Part shown: piece by piece, positions 10,850 to 19,654 of the stretch
How the letters are laid out: each line of letters starts with the position of its first letter
How positions within the stretch are numbered: position 1 is the first letter of the stretch
Assembly: GCA_041685855.1 (NCBI GenBank)
Contig: JAWLEY010000001.1
Coordinates: forward strand, 1 to 35,205
DNA: 35,205 bases
Direction of reading: 5' to 3'
Origin: Perlabentimonas sp.
Lineage (GTDB): Bacteria > Bacteroidota > Bacteroidia > Bacteroidales > Tenuifilaceae
Translations under genes and position numbers: made by a program
Notes under the pieces: generated by a model
The model's database searches: none
Seen by the model: the letters and a program-made list of their open reading frames with translations, nothing else
Told to the model about the DNA's origin: nothing

Positions 10850-11575
10850 CTATGGTAAATTGCAGCGGTTTTTTATATGGATTGCAGCGCGTTCTTCTCC
10901 CATTTCTTCAGCTCTTTCTAAATCTTCGCAGCCCTCTTTTAAATGACCCTTACGAATGTAGGATAAGCCCCTGTAGTAGATTGCGTCCCTATGGTGGGGC
11001 TTTTGCTCAATTACTACGTCAAAATCCTGGATGGCACCGCCAAAATTCAGTTGAGCGTACTGTGCCAACGCTCTGTAGTAGTATATTTCAGTATTGGGCT
11101 CATCCTCTTTTCCAAGTTCCCTGTTAAAATCAATTATTGCCTCCCGGTATTTGCCCATTTCATATTTTGATAATCCCCTTTTTAGGTAAAGCTCCTTCAA
11201 GTTTGGCTCAATCGTACTAACCTTATTAAAATCGTTTATAGCTTCTTTATATTTACCTATTGCATGATATGAAATACCTCTACGGAAGAAAGCGTTAGGA
11301 TAATGAGGTTTAAGCTCCAGTGCTTTTGAGTAATCATCAATTGCTTCCTGATGCTTTTTTAGTTCTGCATAGGAACGTCCTCTGCAGAAGTAAGCTACAG
11401 AAAATTCCTGATTGATTTTGATTACCTGATTAAAGTTTGCAATTGCTGCGTTAAAATCACCTGCGGCATGTTTTGCTAAACCTCTAGAAAGGTGCTCTTG
11501 CGATGACTGTGCAAATGCAGTTCCGCTTTGAAAAAAGAAGCATAAGAAGGTTAAGTGGAGAGTTAGTTTTTTCAT
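10850..11575 (-). CDS. Secreted tetratricopeptide-repeat protein
   Basis: Signal peptide MKKLTLHL...AFA|Q, then ~6 TPRs (AYFCRG...AIDDYSKALEL). ATG at 11575 preferred because it overlaps the upstream stop (TAATG). Confidence 0.88.
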   Translation of the reverse strand: MKKLTLHLTFLCFFFQSGTAFAQSSQEHLSRGLAKHAAGDFNAAIANFNQVIKINQEFSVAYFCRGRSYAELKKHQEAIDDYSKALELKPHYPNAFFRRGISYHAIGKYKEAINDFNKVSTIEPNLKELYLKRGLSKYEMGKYREAIIDFNRELGKEDEPNTEIYYYRALAQYAQLNFGGAIQDFDVVIEQKPHHRDAIYYRGLSYIRKGHLKEGCEDLERAEEMGEERAAIHIKNRCNLP

Positions 11576-12309
11576 TACCAACTTTGGCCTCTAATTGGAG
11601 CCATATCCTGACAAAACTCTTTTATAAGAAAGGAGGTCTCAGGTTTTCCTAAACTTTTTGCACGTTGTAAATCCTGACAACCACTTTCTTTATTACCCAA
11701 AAGTATTTTTGAGAAGCCTCTATGGTAAAATGCGTCGGCAAATTCAGGATTAATAATTATAGCCTGGTTATAATCGTTAATTGCGCCCTGAATATCGTGT
11801 ATGTCGGCTTTAGCATTGCCTCGGTTAAGGTAGGCTTTAGCGTATTTGTTGTCAATCTCAATGGCTTTGTTAAAATCAGAGATGGCGCCTTTGTAGTCAT
11901 TAAGTTCTACTCTGGTTTTTCCTCTTTTATTGTAGCCTGTTGAGAATAAGGGCACTATTTTAATCATGCTGTTGTAATCCTCTAGAGCTTTTTCGTAATC
12001 CTGAAGTCTGTATCTAATATTTGCGCGGTAATAGTATGCAATTGCGTATCGTTCGTCAATTTCCAGAGCTTTAGAATAGTCTTCAACTGCACCCTGAAGG
12101 TTGCCTGTTTGCACTCTGGAGTCGCCTCTGTAAACATATGCATATTTATCTCGAGGGTCAATCTCCAAGGCCTTGTTATAGTCGGCAATAGCACCTTCGT
12201 AGTCGCCCTGTTCGTGCTTCATGTTTGCTTGCAGTATAAGTTCCTGACTTGTTTGTGCCGCAACTTTTAGCGAGAGGAATAGAGTTAAGAGTATTAAAAT
12301 TTTTTTCAT
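11575..12309 (-). CDS. Secreted tetratricopeptide-repeat protein
   Basis: Signal peptide MKKILILL...VAA|Q, then ~6 canonical TPRs (GDYEGAIADYNKALEIDP, AYLNRGNAK). Confidence 0.92.
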   Translation of the reverse strand: MKKILILLTLFLSLKVAAQTSQELILQANMKHEQGDYEGAIADYNKALEIDPRDKYAYVYRGDSRVQTGNLQGAVEDYSKALEIDERYAIAYYYRANIRYRLQDYEKALEDYNSMIKIVPLFSTGYNKRGKTRVELNDYKGAISDFNKAIEIDNKYAKAYLNRGNAKADIHDIQGAINDYNQAIIINPEFADAFYHRGFSKILLGNKESGCQDLQRAKSLGKPETSFLIKEFCQDMAPIRGQSW

Positions 12310-12393
12310 TGCAATAATGTAAGGTTAGGCCATTAACTAGGGAATTAATGAAATAATATCAAATATAATAATTTTTAAAGTTTTATAATAGTG

Positions 12394-12401
12394 CAAAGAT
12401 A
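12394..12401 (-). promoter_or_regulatory. Bacteroidota -7 box (TATCTTTG-CAC) for the TPR pair
   Basis: Exact TAnnTTTG in the typical TTTGCA context. A second match (TATATTTG) lies at 12360-12367. Confidence 0.55.
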
Positions 12402-12615
12402 ATTATATGAGTTTATGTTTGATACTTTAAAGGGGCTTAATTATTTATTGGTAAGTGTTGGTTTTAAATCTATGTATCATTATTATTTTATTCGTAGATA
12501 TAGAAAAAGGTGTTAATTTGATTTTACAAAGCCCATGCCAACAATTGATTTAATTAACTTTTTAAACAAATATTGAGATTGTACGAGGGTAACGAGTAGT
12601 TGTAATTTATAATGG

Positions 12616-13614
12616 TTAGTTGTAAAAATTCTTTTCAAAAGCTTTAAATTCTTTTCGTTTAAGAATTAATCTTTTCCATACAGCTGATAAAAAACCTATT
12701 CCATAACCAAATAGTTGCACCCATGAAGCAGGAATGCTTAAAAGGGCAACCTTTGGATTATTATTAATAACCAAAGAATGAAAAAGAACTAGCACGCTGT
12801 AAAAAGCAGGTATAATGAGCGTAAATGGAGTGATTATTGCTCCTGCAACCATTAAAATCGTTCCAATAACAAAGGCGGAGGGGAGCAGATGCACAATTTT
12901 TAAGGACCCAGGATGCATGAGGTGAAGGTTTATGCGCGCAATACCCGAATTGTAAACCTGCTTGTAGAATTTACGGAAATCGGTGCGTCGTTTATGGTAA
13001 ACATAAGCTTTTGGAAATAATCTGGTGGAGAATCCTGACTTTAGAATTCTAATACTAAAGTCTATGTCCTCGCCAAAACGAAGGTGAGAGAATCCACCTA
13101 TTTTAACAAAGGCCTGTTTACTTATCCCCATGTTAAAACTCCTTGGGAAAAATTTGTCGAGGCGCTCCTTGCCTCCGCGAATTCCCCCAGTTGTAAAAAA
13201 GGAGGTCATGGAGTAGTTTATAGCCTTTTGAACTGAAGAGAATGATTGGTGAGCTTTATCGGGCCCCCCAAATGCGTCGGCTGACTTTTTTTCAAGTTCG
13301 GCATCAACCTCCTGAAAATAATGCTCTGGTATTATGCAATCGGAGTCGAAAAATATAAAGTACTTCCCTGAGGCTCTTTCTGCTCCGTAATTTCTAGTTG
13401 TACCAGGGCCAGAGTTAGGTTTAAAAAAATATTTAATACTTAAACGGGAATTATACCTATTTACAATTTCTTTACAATCGACCTGAGAACCATCCTCCAC
13501 AATAATTACTTCGTAATTATCATACTTTTGGTGAGCTAGACTATTGAGTAGTTCATCAACCTCATCGGGTCTGTTATAAACGGGAATAATTATTGAGTAT
13601 TTTGGATTTGTCAT
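12616..13614 (-). CDS. Glycosyltransferase family 2 with C-terminal membrane segments
   Basis: SIIIPVYNR, VEDGS, FFDSDC (DxD), GGF...GEDIDFS and a hydrophobic C-terminus. Confidence 0.92.
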   Translation of the reverse strand: MTNPKYSIIIPVYNRPDEVDELLNSLAHQKYDNYEVIIVEDGSQVDCKEIVNRYNSRLSIKYFFKPNSGPGTTRNYGAERASGKYFIFFDSDCIIPEHYFQEVDAELEKKSADAFGGPDKAHQSFSSVQKAINYSMTSFFTTGGIRGGKERLDKFFPRSFNMGISKQAFVKIGGFSHLRFGEDIDFSIRILKSGFSTRLFPKAYVYHKRRTDFRKFYKQVYNSGIARINLHLMHPGSLKIVHLLPSAFVIGTILMVAGAIITPFTLIIPAFYSVLVLFHSLVINNNPKVALLSIPASWVQLFGYGIGFLSAVWKRLILKRKEFKAFEKNFYN

Positions 13615-13629
13615 TTATGGCATTTTTGG

Positions 13630-13637
13630 CAAAGATA
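13630..13637 (-). promoter_or_regulatory. Bacteroidota -7 box (TATCTTTG-CC) for GT2
   Basis: Exact TAnnTTTG 15 nt upstream of the GT2 ATG. Confidence 0.5.
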
Positions 13638-13687
13638 GCATAAGATAGGCTGCTGGCAATGGAGAATTTTGATGTATGATAACCTAA

Positions 13688-14602
13688 TTAGTGTAGTGTT
13701 AGGTAGTATTTTATACGGTTAAATGTTTTTTTATCAACTAGTTTATTGTCGTATATTTCAATTACTTTATTAATATTTCCAATAGTCTCACGATAGTAAA
13801 TGATTGAACGTGCCTGATGCTCGGTAAGGTATGGGTGTTTCTTTAAGTTTTGATAATCAGTTAGGTTTATGTTTATTCTGCTGATTTTTAATGTGTCAAC
13901 ATAAAGTTGAGGGCTTAGTTTTTCCAATAAATCAGGAGGGAAGCCATAAACTTCTTCCAGTTGGTTAGTAGAGTAGTATCCTCCCAGCAGCTCTCTGTAT
14001 GCTACAATTCTTCGTGCATAACCTCTTCCAATGCCATGTAATTTAGTTAATTCGAGCGTATCGGTTGAGTTAAGTTCAATTTTAATGGGTTCAGGTTTTG
14101 AATCTTCCTTTTTCTCTTTTTCAGTATTATTATCAGCCAATATAGTTTCATTTTCTGGAAAAGTAATGTAGGGTTCAAGCGTTTGGAACATGCTTGAATC
14201 AACCACGTAAACCTGTAAAAAATCTTCAGGAGTGTTGAATTCCCCACCGCTATTTCTATAGTTTTCGATAACAGCAGCCTGCCCTTTTGAGAACCCCAGC
14301 TTTACAAGTTGTGCTGTGCTTACAGTATTAGGATTAAACTGAAAAAGTTCAATGGGAGCATCCTGTTCCGATTCCTCATCAGCAAAAGAGAATACGGGTT
14401 TTTGAACCTTTTTCTCCACTTTTGTTAAGGAGGTAAAAAAACTATCAACAACGTAGAATGTACTGGGCTTAATAACTATATGTGTCTTAAATAGGAAAGA
14501 TTTATAGAAATATGGGTAAAGAGCCACCATGCAAATTATAAAAACGAGTAGGATTATTCCATTACGTTCTGCTCTAGTATAATTAAGCCAGTTTTTTATC
14601 AT
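13688..14602 (-). CDS. ComEA-like helix-hairpin-helix DNA-binding protein with an N-terminal membrane anchor
   Basis: YTRAERNG plus a TM helix, then three HhH modules (FNPNTVS...LGFS; IELNSTD...LHGIGRGYARRIVAYR; ININLTD...HPYL). Confidence 0.85.
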   Translation of the reverse strand: MIKNWLNYTRAERNGIILLVFIICMVALYPYFYKSFLFKTHIVIKPSTFYVVDSFFTSLTKVEKKVQKPVFSFADEESEQDAPIELFQFNPNTVSTAQLVKLGFSKGQAAVIENYRNSGGEFNTPEDFLQVYVVDSSMFQTLEPYITFPENETILADNNTEKEKKEDSKPEPIKIELNSTDTLELTKLHGIGRGYARRIVAYRELLGGYYSTNQLEEVYGFPPDLLEKLSPQLYVDTLKISRININLTDYQNLKKHPYLTEHQARSIIYYRETIGNINKVIEIYDNKLVDKKTFNRIKYYLTLH

Positions 14603-14797
14603 GTTACAATTTAGGAGTTATTTATCTAAAGTTATAAGATAATTGTTAAAACCCAAAATTTTGTGATTTAAGGAGCAGGTTATTGATAGGTTTAAGTGCT
14701 GGAAATTTGATAGAAACATAAAAACATGCCATGAAATAATTAAAATTATTCCCAAAAATGCTTAATTTTTATGTTCTTTGTAAATATTTTTTAAATC

Positions 14798-15781
14798 ATG
14801 TTTGACTTGTTCGAAAATATTGACTCAATGAGGCTGAACTTTAGCGAGGGAGGCCTGTTGTTTATGAACATAACGCTGGCAGTTATTATGTTTGGCGTGG
14901 CACTTGATATTAAGATTGATAATTTTAGGAATATTATCAACTATCCCAAGTCGGCAATATTAGGGTTTGGGTCACAGTTTATCCTTTTGCCAGCCCTTAC
15001 ATTTTTGCTTGTTCTTATACTAAATCCGCCGCCATCAATTGCTATGGGTATGATACTTATTTCCGCTTGCCCAGGGGGGAATATTTCAAACTTCATATCA
15101 TCGTTAGCCAAAGCGAATGTTGCCTTGTCGGTTAGTCTTACGGCCATTGCTACTTTATCGGCAACACTTTTAACCCCTCTTAACTATTCGCTTTGGGGTG
15201 GGTTGTATGTTAAGTATTCGGAAAAGGCCCTTCATCTTAATATACCTATTGAGATTGATTTTTGGCAGATGGCTCAAACTGTTTTCATACTACTGGGAAT
15301 TCCCTTAATTGTTGGAATGTGGGTAGGGAATAAGTTCCCTGAATTTACCAAGCGTTACATTAAACATGTTAAGATTGGGTCAGTTATTCTATACCTGGTG
15401 TTTATTTTTGGTGCTTTCTACGCTAATTTGGAGTATATGGGCGCAATCCTTATACCCATTGGTTTTCTTGTTTTATTGCTTAATGTTCAAACGCTTTTTA
15501 CGGGCTATTTGGTTGGTACTATTGGGCGAGTTCCCAGAGCCGACCGTAGGTCGCTTAGTATAGAAACTGGTATCCAGAACTCAGGACTTGCCTTAATCCT
15601 AATTTTTAATCCTAAACTATTTAATGGCATAGGAGGCATGGCATTTATGGCGGCATGGTGGGGTATTTGGCAAATGATAAGTGGTTTGCTTTTAGCTGCA
15701 CTGTTGTCAAAAATAAGGATTCCAAAAGCAAAAAAGGCTAGGGTTTGGATTAATAATACTAAGAACAGGTATAAATCCTAG
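14798..15781 (+). CDS. Bile acid:sodium symporter (BASS/SLC10) family transporter
   Basis: IMFGVAL, SQFILLPA, ACPGGNISN, LSVSLT and SIETGIQNSGLAL Na+-site motifs. Confidence 0.93.
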   Translation: MFDLFENIDSMRLNFSEGGLLFMNITLAVIMFGVALDIKIDNFRNIINYPKSAILGFGSQFILLPALTFLLVLILNPPPSIAMGMILISACPGGNISNFISSLAKANVALSVSLTAIATLSATLLTPLNYSLWGGLYVKYSEKALHLNIPIEIDFWQMAQTVFILLGIPLIVGMWVGNKFPEFTKRYIKHVKIGSVILYLVFIFGAFYANLEYMGAILIPIGFLVLLLNVQTLFTGYLVGTIGRVPRADRRSLSIETGIQNSGLALILIFNPKLFNGIGGMAFMAAWWGIWQMISGLLLAALLSKIRIPKAKKARVWINNTKNRYKS

Positions 15782-15871
15782 TTTTTGGAGCAGAAAGACA
15801 AATTCCTCGATGAATTTTACTCTTCACAAAGCTAATTGTGTCAATCCATAATATTTGCGTACAATTGGTAT

Positions 15872-16069
15872 TTAAGCTCCGAATGATTTTAGCGCTTCAT
15901 ACACAAAAAACACAGGCCATACTAGAGCCTTTAAAAAGCCTAGTACGCCCATCCAGAATGATGTTGCCACAGAAATATAATAAATAGCTGCACCAATAAG
16001 TCCTAGGCCATAAATTGCACTTGAAGTGCCGTTATGGTTACTTCCGCATTTTTCTTTGTTCTCACTCAT
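15872..16069 (-). CDS. Small (65 aa) two-helix membrane protein of unknown function
   Basis: ATG start with an A-rich leader; hydrophobic YGLGLIGAAIYYI and FWMGVLGFLKALVWPVFFVY; has its own -7 box. Confidence 0.8.
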   Translation of the reverse strand: MSENKEKCGSNHNGTSSAIYGLGLIGAAIYYISVATSFWMGVLGFLKALVWPVFFVYEALKSFGA

Positions 16070-16093
16070 AGATTTTGGTTTAGGTTATATAAG

Positions 16094-16101
16094 CAAATTT
16101 A
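16094..16101 (-). promoter_or_regulatory. Bacteroidota -7 box (TAAATTTG-C) for the 65-aa gene
   Basis: Exact TAnnTTTG 24 nt upstream of the ATG at 16069. Confidence 0.5.
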
Positions 16102-16167
16102 AAGAAATAGTTTAATTACGAACGTAATTTCGTATTAAAATAAAGTAAACATTTAACAGAAATAAGT

Positions 16168-19100
16168 TTACCTGCTTATAGTAACCTGCTTGATTTTTGC
16201 ACTTCTGGTGAAAACCAACTCGGATAAATTTGCTGGTATTGTGCTTGATTTTATTATAACTGCCTCTTCTTTCTCATCTTTCCAATCAATTCTAATTAAT
16301 GTATTTCCCGATTTAACGTATCGGAAGGGCACATTACAGAATGTGAAGTTAAGTTCTGGATGTTCATTATTGGTAAAAACATCATCTTGTAGCATAAATG
16401 GCTGGATTGATATCTCTCCATCTTCTACTGTTAGCCCCAATTCCATGAATCGGCTAAGTATATCCTCCTTCACTTGGCCTGTCATGCCGGGTTGCTGTGC
16501 CCCCATAATTGATGGTGTATGCGAATAGGGGTCGGTTGGGAATGCCCCGTAGTTTTCGGGGTTTTTATGCGCACCAATTCCCTCCTTAATTTTGTAATAG
16601 TAGTCTGTTAACTTCGTTAAATCTTGCTCTTTACTACCGCCTAGGTAAAATTCCATAATGGCTTCGCCAAGGTTAAGCAGGAGTTTAGACACCAGATGCC
16701 AGTAGATTGAGCCAAGCCCTTCGTATTTGTAAAAAGAGCCCGACCTGCCTGTGAAATATCGATGCTGGAACACCGATTCGTATATGTTGCAGACTTCAAT
16801 TTCCTCGTTCTTATTAACTTTTACTGGCAGATGAAGCAAGGTTTTTTTCAGCTCATGAACGTTGTTGAAATCGGCGTTGAAATGATAATCGCCATTCTCA
16901 TCCTGTACAATTATTTGCTTGTTTCCGCTTGCGAGTAATCCCTTCAAAAGTTTGGACTTATTAACCATCTCTTTTGGGATGATATTCTTTTCAAGGAAAT
17001 TTGGCAAACATTTAAAAGGGTAGAGCATAAAACTCTGTTGCTCTTCGCGCCATAATTCGCTCTTAAAAAGGGAGTTAACTAATTTAGTGGTTTCGTCAAC
17101 GCTAAGGTAACCGCTACTTAAAACTGATGCTTGCCCCTCAAGCATTAATTGTAAATTCTGAACCTTAACAGAACTGTTGGAATATTCGATTAGGTTATAG
17201 GAGTGAAATAAACCATCGGAGCGCTTATTAAATGCAATAGTGTGGTCTATGTAGCCTAGTACTAAACCAAAGAATTCAAGTAGTTCGTTCTTGCTAATTT
17301 CCCCCGATTCTCCACTAAATTGCTTATATGCTGTTTCCCTGTAGTTTGAGCCTGCTTTACCTAAGCTATCTACGGCTGCTTTTCGTGTATTCTCATTAAA
17401 CCCTTTCTGAAGGTATTTAGCATGCTGTCGGAGTGCACCTGAAATTGCATTGAAGAACGAGATAACCTCCTCTGATATTTCGAACTCCCTGTTTGGATTA
17501 TTGGAAATTACCTTGTTAAAAAACCCAATAAACCTACGAATATGATATAGCGTTACCATGGATGTTCCGTAGCCTACCAGAGCGTTATTGGCATCGTTCC
17601 ACTCGGGTCGTTGTGTGTTTAGCCAGATGCCCGCATCGGGCACAAAATTGCTTAGCTTGGTGAGCAGGCTAACAAGTATTTTCTCGATGAATGAAACCCT
17701 GAGAATTTGTCCCTTGCTAAGAGAAACTAATTTGCCATCAGCACCTTCGTCTGTGGTTTTTTTAAGTAGCTCCTTATGTAGCTCCCTGTCAAATATTATT
17801 GTGTCATGCGGATTTTCAATAATCTCACTGTAGCTCTTTATTCTGTAGGGAACATTTGCGTAAACGAATGTTGGTTCCTTGAAATTCTCAAAGAGCTGGT
17901 TGGGGTAGAACTTCTCATGAAGCTCAAGTAGTTTCAGGAGATAGATAATTTGATGGTCGCCCCAGTAACCTATGTAAGCCCACGGGTTATCAGGCTCAGG
18001 TGCTTCCCAGTCGAAACCCTCGCGGGTAATACGGTAAGGGTTGTAGCCATCAATAGTTGAGGCGTTTAAAAAGCGGTAAATCATGTTGGGAAGGAAGCCC
18101 GGGAACGAGAATGCCAGTGCCTCCCAGTTCTGAAAAATATCGCGCCAGTTGCCTTGATAGTTAAGTGAAGGGCTGCCATCATCATTCTTTATGTTGATAT
18201 CGAAGAAGTTCCATGGGCGGCTTGGGTCGCCGTGGCGCCGACTAAAACTTAAAGGTAAATACTCAAGCGTTAGCCTCAGCAAATCCTTGTTTTTTGTGTC
18301 TTTGGCAATCTCCAGTAAGTGCTTCATGCTTGTTGGAGATTTTACACTTCTATATTTGTCGTGAAAGTTTAAAAACACCTCTTTGTTCGATTGCTCAAGA
18401 TGTTTAACGAAATCAGCGACATCAATTTGATAGTTGTTTTCAAAAATGCCACCTCGCATTATGTTGAACATTACGTTGGCAAGATGCCTTCTGTCGTTTA
18501 GTTTATCACCAGTAGTTTGAATACCATCTGCTAACGAAACCAGGCCATATAGTTTTTTGGAACTCTGCTCAATACTCTTCTCTATGAATTTAGCTAAATC
18601 CTTCTCCTTGTTTATAAGATTTTTTAATGCTACAATACCGGAGCTGTCTTTGGCAACATCTGCTACCATGTACCAAGTTTTGTGAGAACCTGGGGTAAGC
18701 GAAAACGTGTCGATAGCAAAGAACGATGTTTTTTGACCGTATATAATTTTCTCAGATTCAATATTTTCCCCCAATCGGAACTGGGCAATCTGTTTTGAGC
18801 TTAGTAGATTTTTTTGAGCCTCTAGTCCGTACATCCAAACATAGTTGGTGCGGAGCGCCTCGCTTGGTTCAGCCCTGTCAATTGGAATTGATGACATACG
18901 GTATAGAGCTAATTTTTCCTTTGTATGCCACTCAGAAACTTTGTAGGCATCCATTAGGGTGCTCATCATGCTTTGGGTATCGCGTGTAATGCCGTATGGG
19001 ATTATGTTTTGTAAGCCATCGGCAATCTCAATATCCAATGGTTTTGAGGATAAGTTTTCTAAGTTACACTTTCTAACCCAGCCAATATTATCGCTGTTCA

Positions 19101-19554
19101 TCCAGCTGTAGCTGAATTTTATTTGAAGGTCGTGATTTATCTCCTCAAAAAGGATTCTGTTCCCCAGCGAATTTTTGTAAAGATTTCTGCTAATGCTGTA
19201 AAGCCCTTGGTAACGATTCGAGAATGGTTCCCATATTAATAGTTTGTCGCCATTATTTATTCTTATTATGGTTTTTGGACCTGTTATTTCGGAAGAGCTA
19301 TGAATTTTATCATCGGTGTAATATGGGAATATCGCATTGTTATAGTTTTGCCTTCCGGCAGTTAGGCTGCCGCTACTTGAAAGGAACATCCATAAATCGG
19401 AGCTGCTTACAATGCTCATTAGGAAGGGTGGCATGATGTCGTAATTCTCAATGCAGTACATCGATTCTCCCTCCATTTGGGTGAGATATCCCTTAACTTC
19501 TTTTTTTGTTTCTGTTAGGGGTTGTGTCGATATGTAAGGAACTTTTTTAGTCAT
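16168..19554 (-). CDS. Beta-1,3-glucan phosphorylase, GH149-like, cytoplasmic
   Basis: 1128 aa, no signal peptide; LSFSRRHGDPSRPWN, YQGNWRDIFQNWEAL, GYWGDHQIIYL, QRPEWNDANNAL, YEGLGSIYWH and QPGMTGQVKED match my recollection of GH149; beta-1,3-glucan PUL context. Confidence 0.85.
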   Translation of the reverse strand: MTKKVPYISTQPLTETKKEVKGYLTQMEGESMYCIENYDIMPPFLMSIVSSSDLWMFLSSSGSLTAGRQNYNNAIFPYYTDDKIHSSSEITGPKTIIRINNGDKLLIWEPFSNRYQGLYSISRNLYKNSLGNRILFEEINHDLQIKFSYSWMNSDNIGWVRKCNLENLSSKPLDIEIADGLQNIIPYGITRDTQSMMSTLMDAYKVSEWHTKEKLALYRMSSIPIDRAEPSEALRTNYVWMYGLEAQKNLLSSKQIAQFRLGENIESEKIIYGQKTSFFAIDTFSLTPGSHKTWYMVADVAKDSSGIVALKNLINKEKDLAKFIEKSIEQSSKKLYGLVSLADGIQTTGDKLNDRRHLANVMFNIMRGGIFENNYQIDVADFVKHLEQSNKEVFLNFHDKYRSVKSPTSMKHLLEIAKDTKNKDLLRLTLEYLPLSFSRRHGDPSRPWNFFDINIKNDDGSPSLNYQGNWRDIFQNWEALAFSFPGFLPNMIYRFLNASTIDGYNPYRITREGFDWEAPEPDNPWAYIGYWGDHQIIYLLKLLELHEKFYPNQLFENFKEPTFVYANVPYRIKSYSEIIENPHDTIIFDRELHKELLKKTTDEGADGKLVSLSKGQILRVSFIEKILVSLLTKLSNFVPDAGIWLNTQRPEWNDANNALVGYGTSMVTLYHIRRFIGFFNKVISNNPNREFEISEEVISFFNAISGALRQHAKYLQKGFNENTRKAAVDSLGKAGSNYRETAYKQFSGESGEISKNELLEFFGLVLGYIDHTIAFNKRSDGLFHSYNLIEYSNSSVKVQNLQLMLEGQASVLSSGYLSVDETTKLVNSLFKSELWREEQQSFMLYPFKCLPNFLEKNIIPKEMVNKSKLLKGLLASGNKQIIVQDENGDYHFNADFNNVHELKKTLLHLPVKVNKNEEIEVCNIYESVFQHRYFTGRSGSFYKYEGLGSIYWHLVSKLLLNLGEAIMEFYLGGSKEQDLTKLTDYYYKIKEGIGAHKNPENYGAFPTDPYSHTPSIMGAQQPGMTGQVKEDILSRFMELGLTVEDGEISIQPFMLQDDVFTNNEHPELNFTFCNVPFRYVKSGNTLIRIDWKDEKEEAVIIKSSTIPANLSELVFTRSAKIKQVTISR

Positions 19555-19654
19555 GGTTATCTTGTTTCTGAAAGTTATAAATATTTAGAGTGCTTTGCAC
19601 CTCCAGATGTTTAAAAAAGTTGCAGAGCACCGATAATATCTTTATTCTTCATAT

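Noticed and set aside
12402-12615. AT-rich gap between GT2 and the TPR promoter as an sRNA or recombination site
   Set aside because: I found no convincing hairpin, repeat, ORF or dif-like site.
12616-14602. ComEA-like gene plus GT2 as a functional unit
   Set aside because: GT2 has its own -7 box and no other competence genes are nearby.
14715-14775. AACATAAAAA/TTTTTATGTT inverted repeat upstream of the BASS gene
   Set aside because: Almost entirely A/T in an AT-rich region, so consistent with chance.
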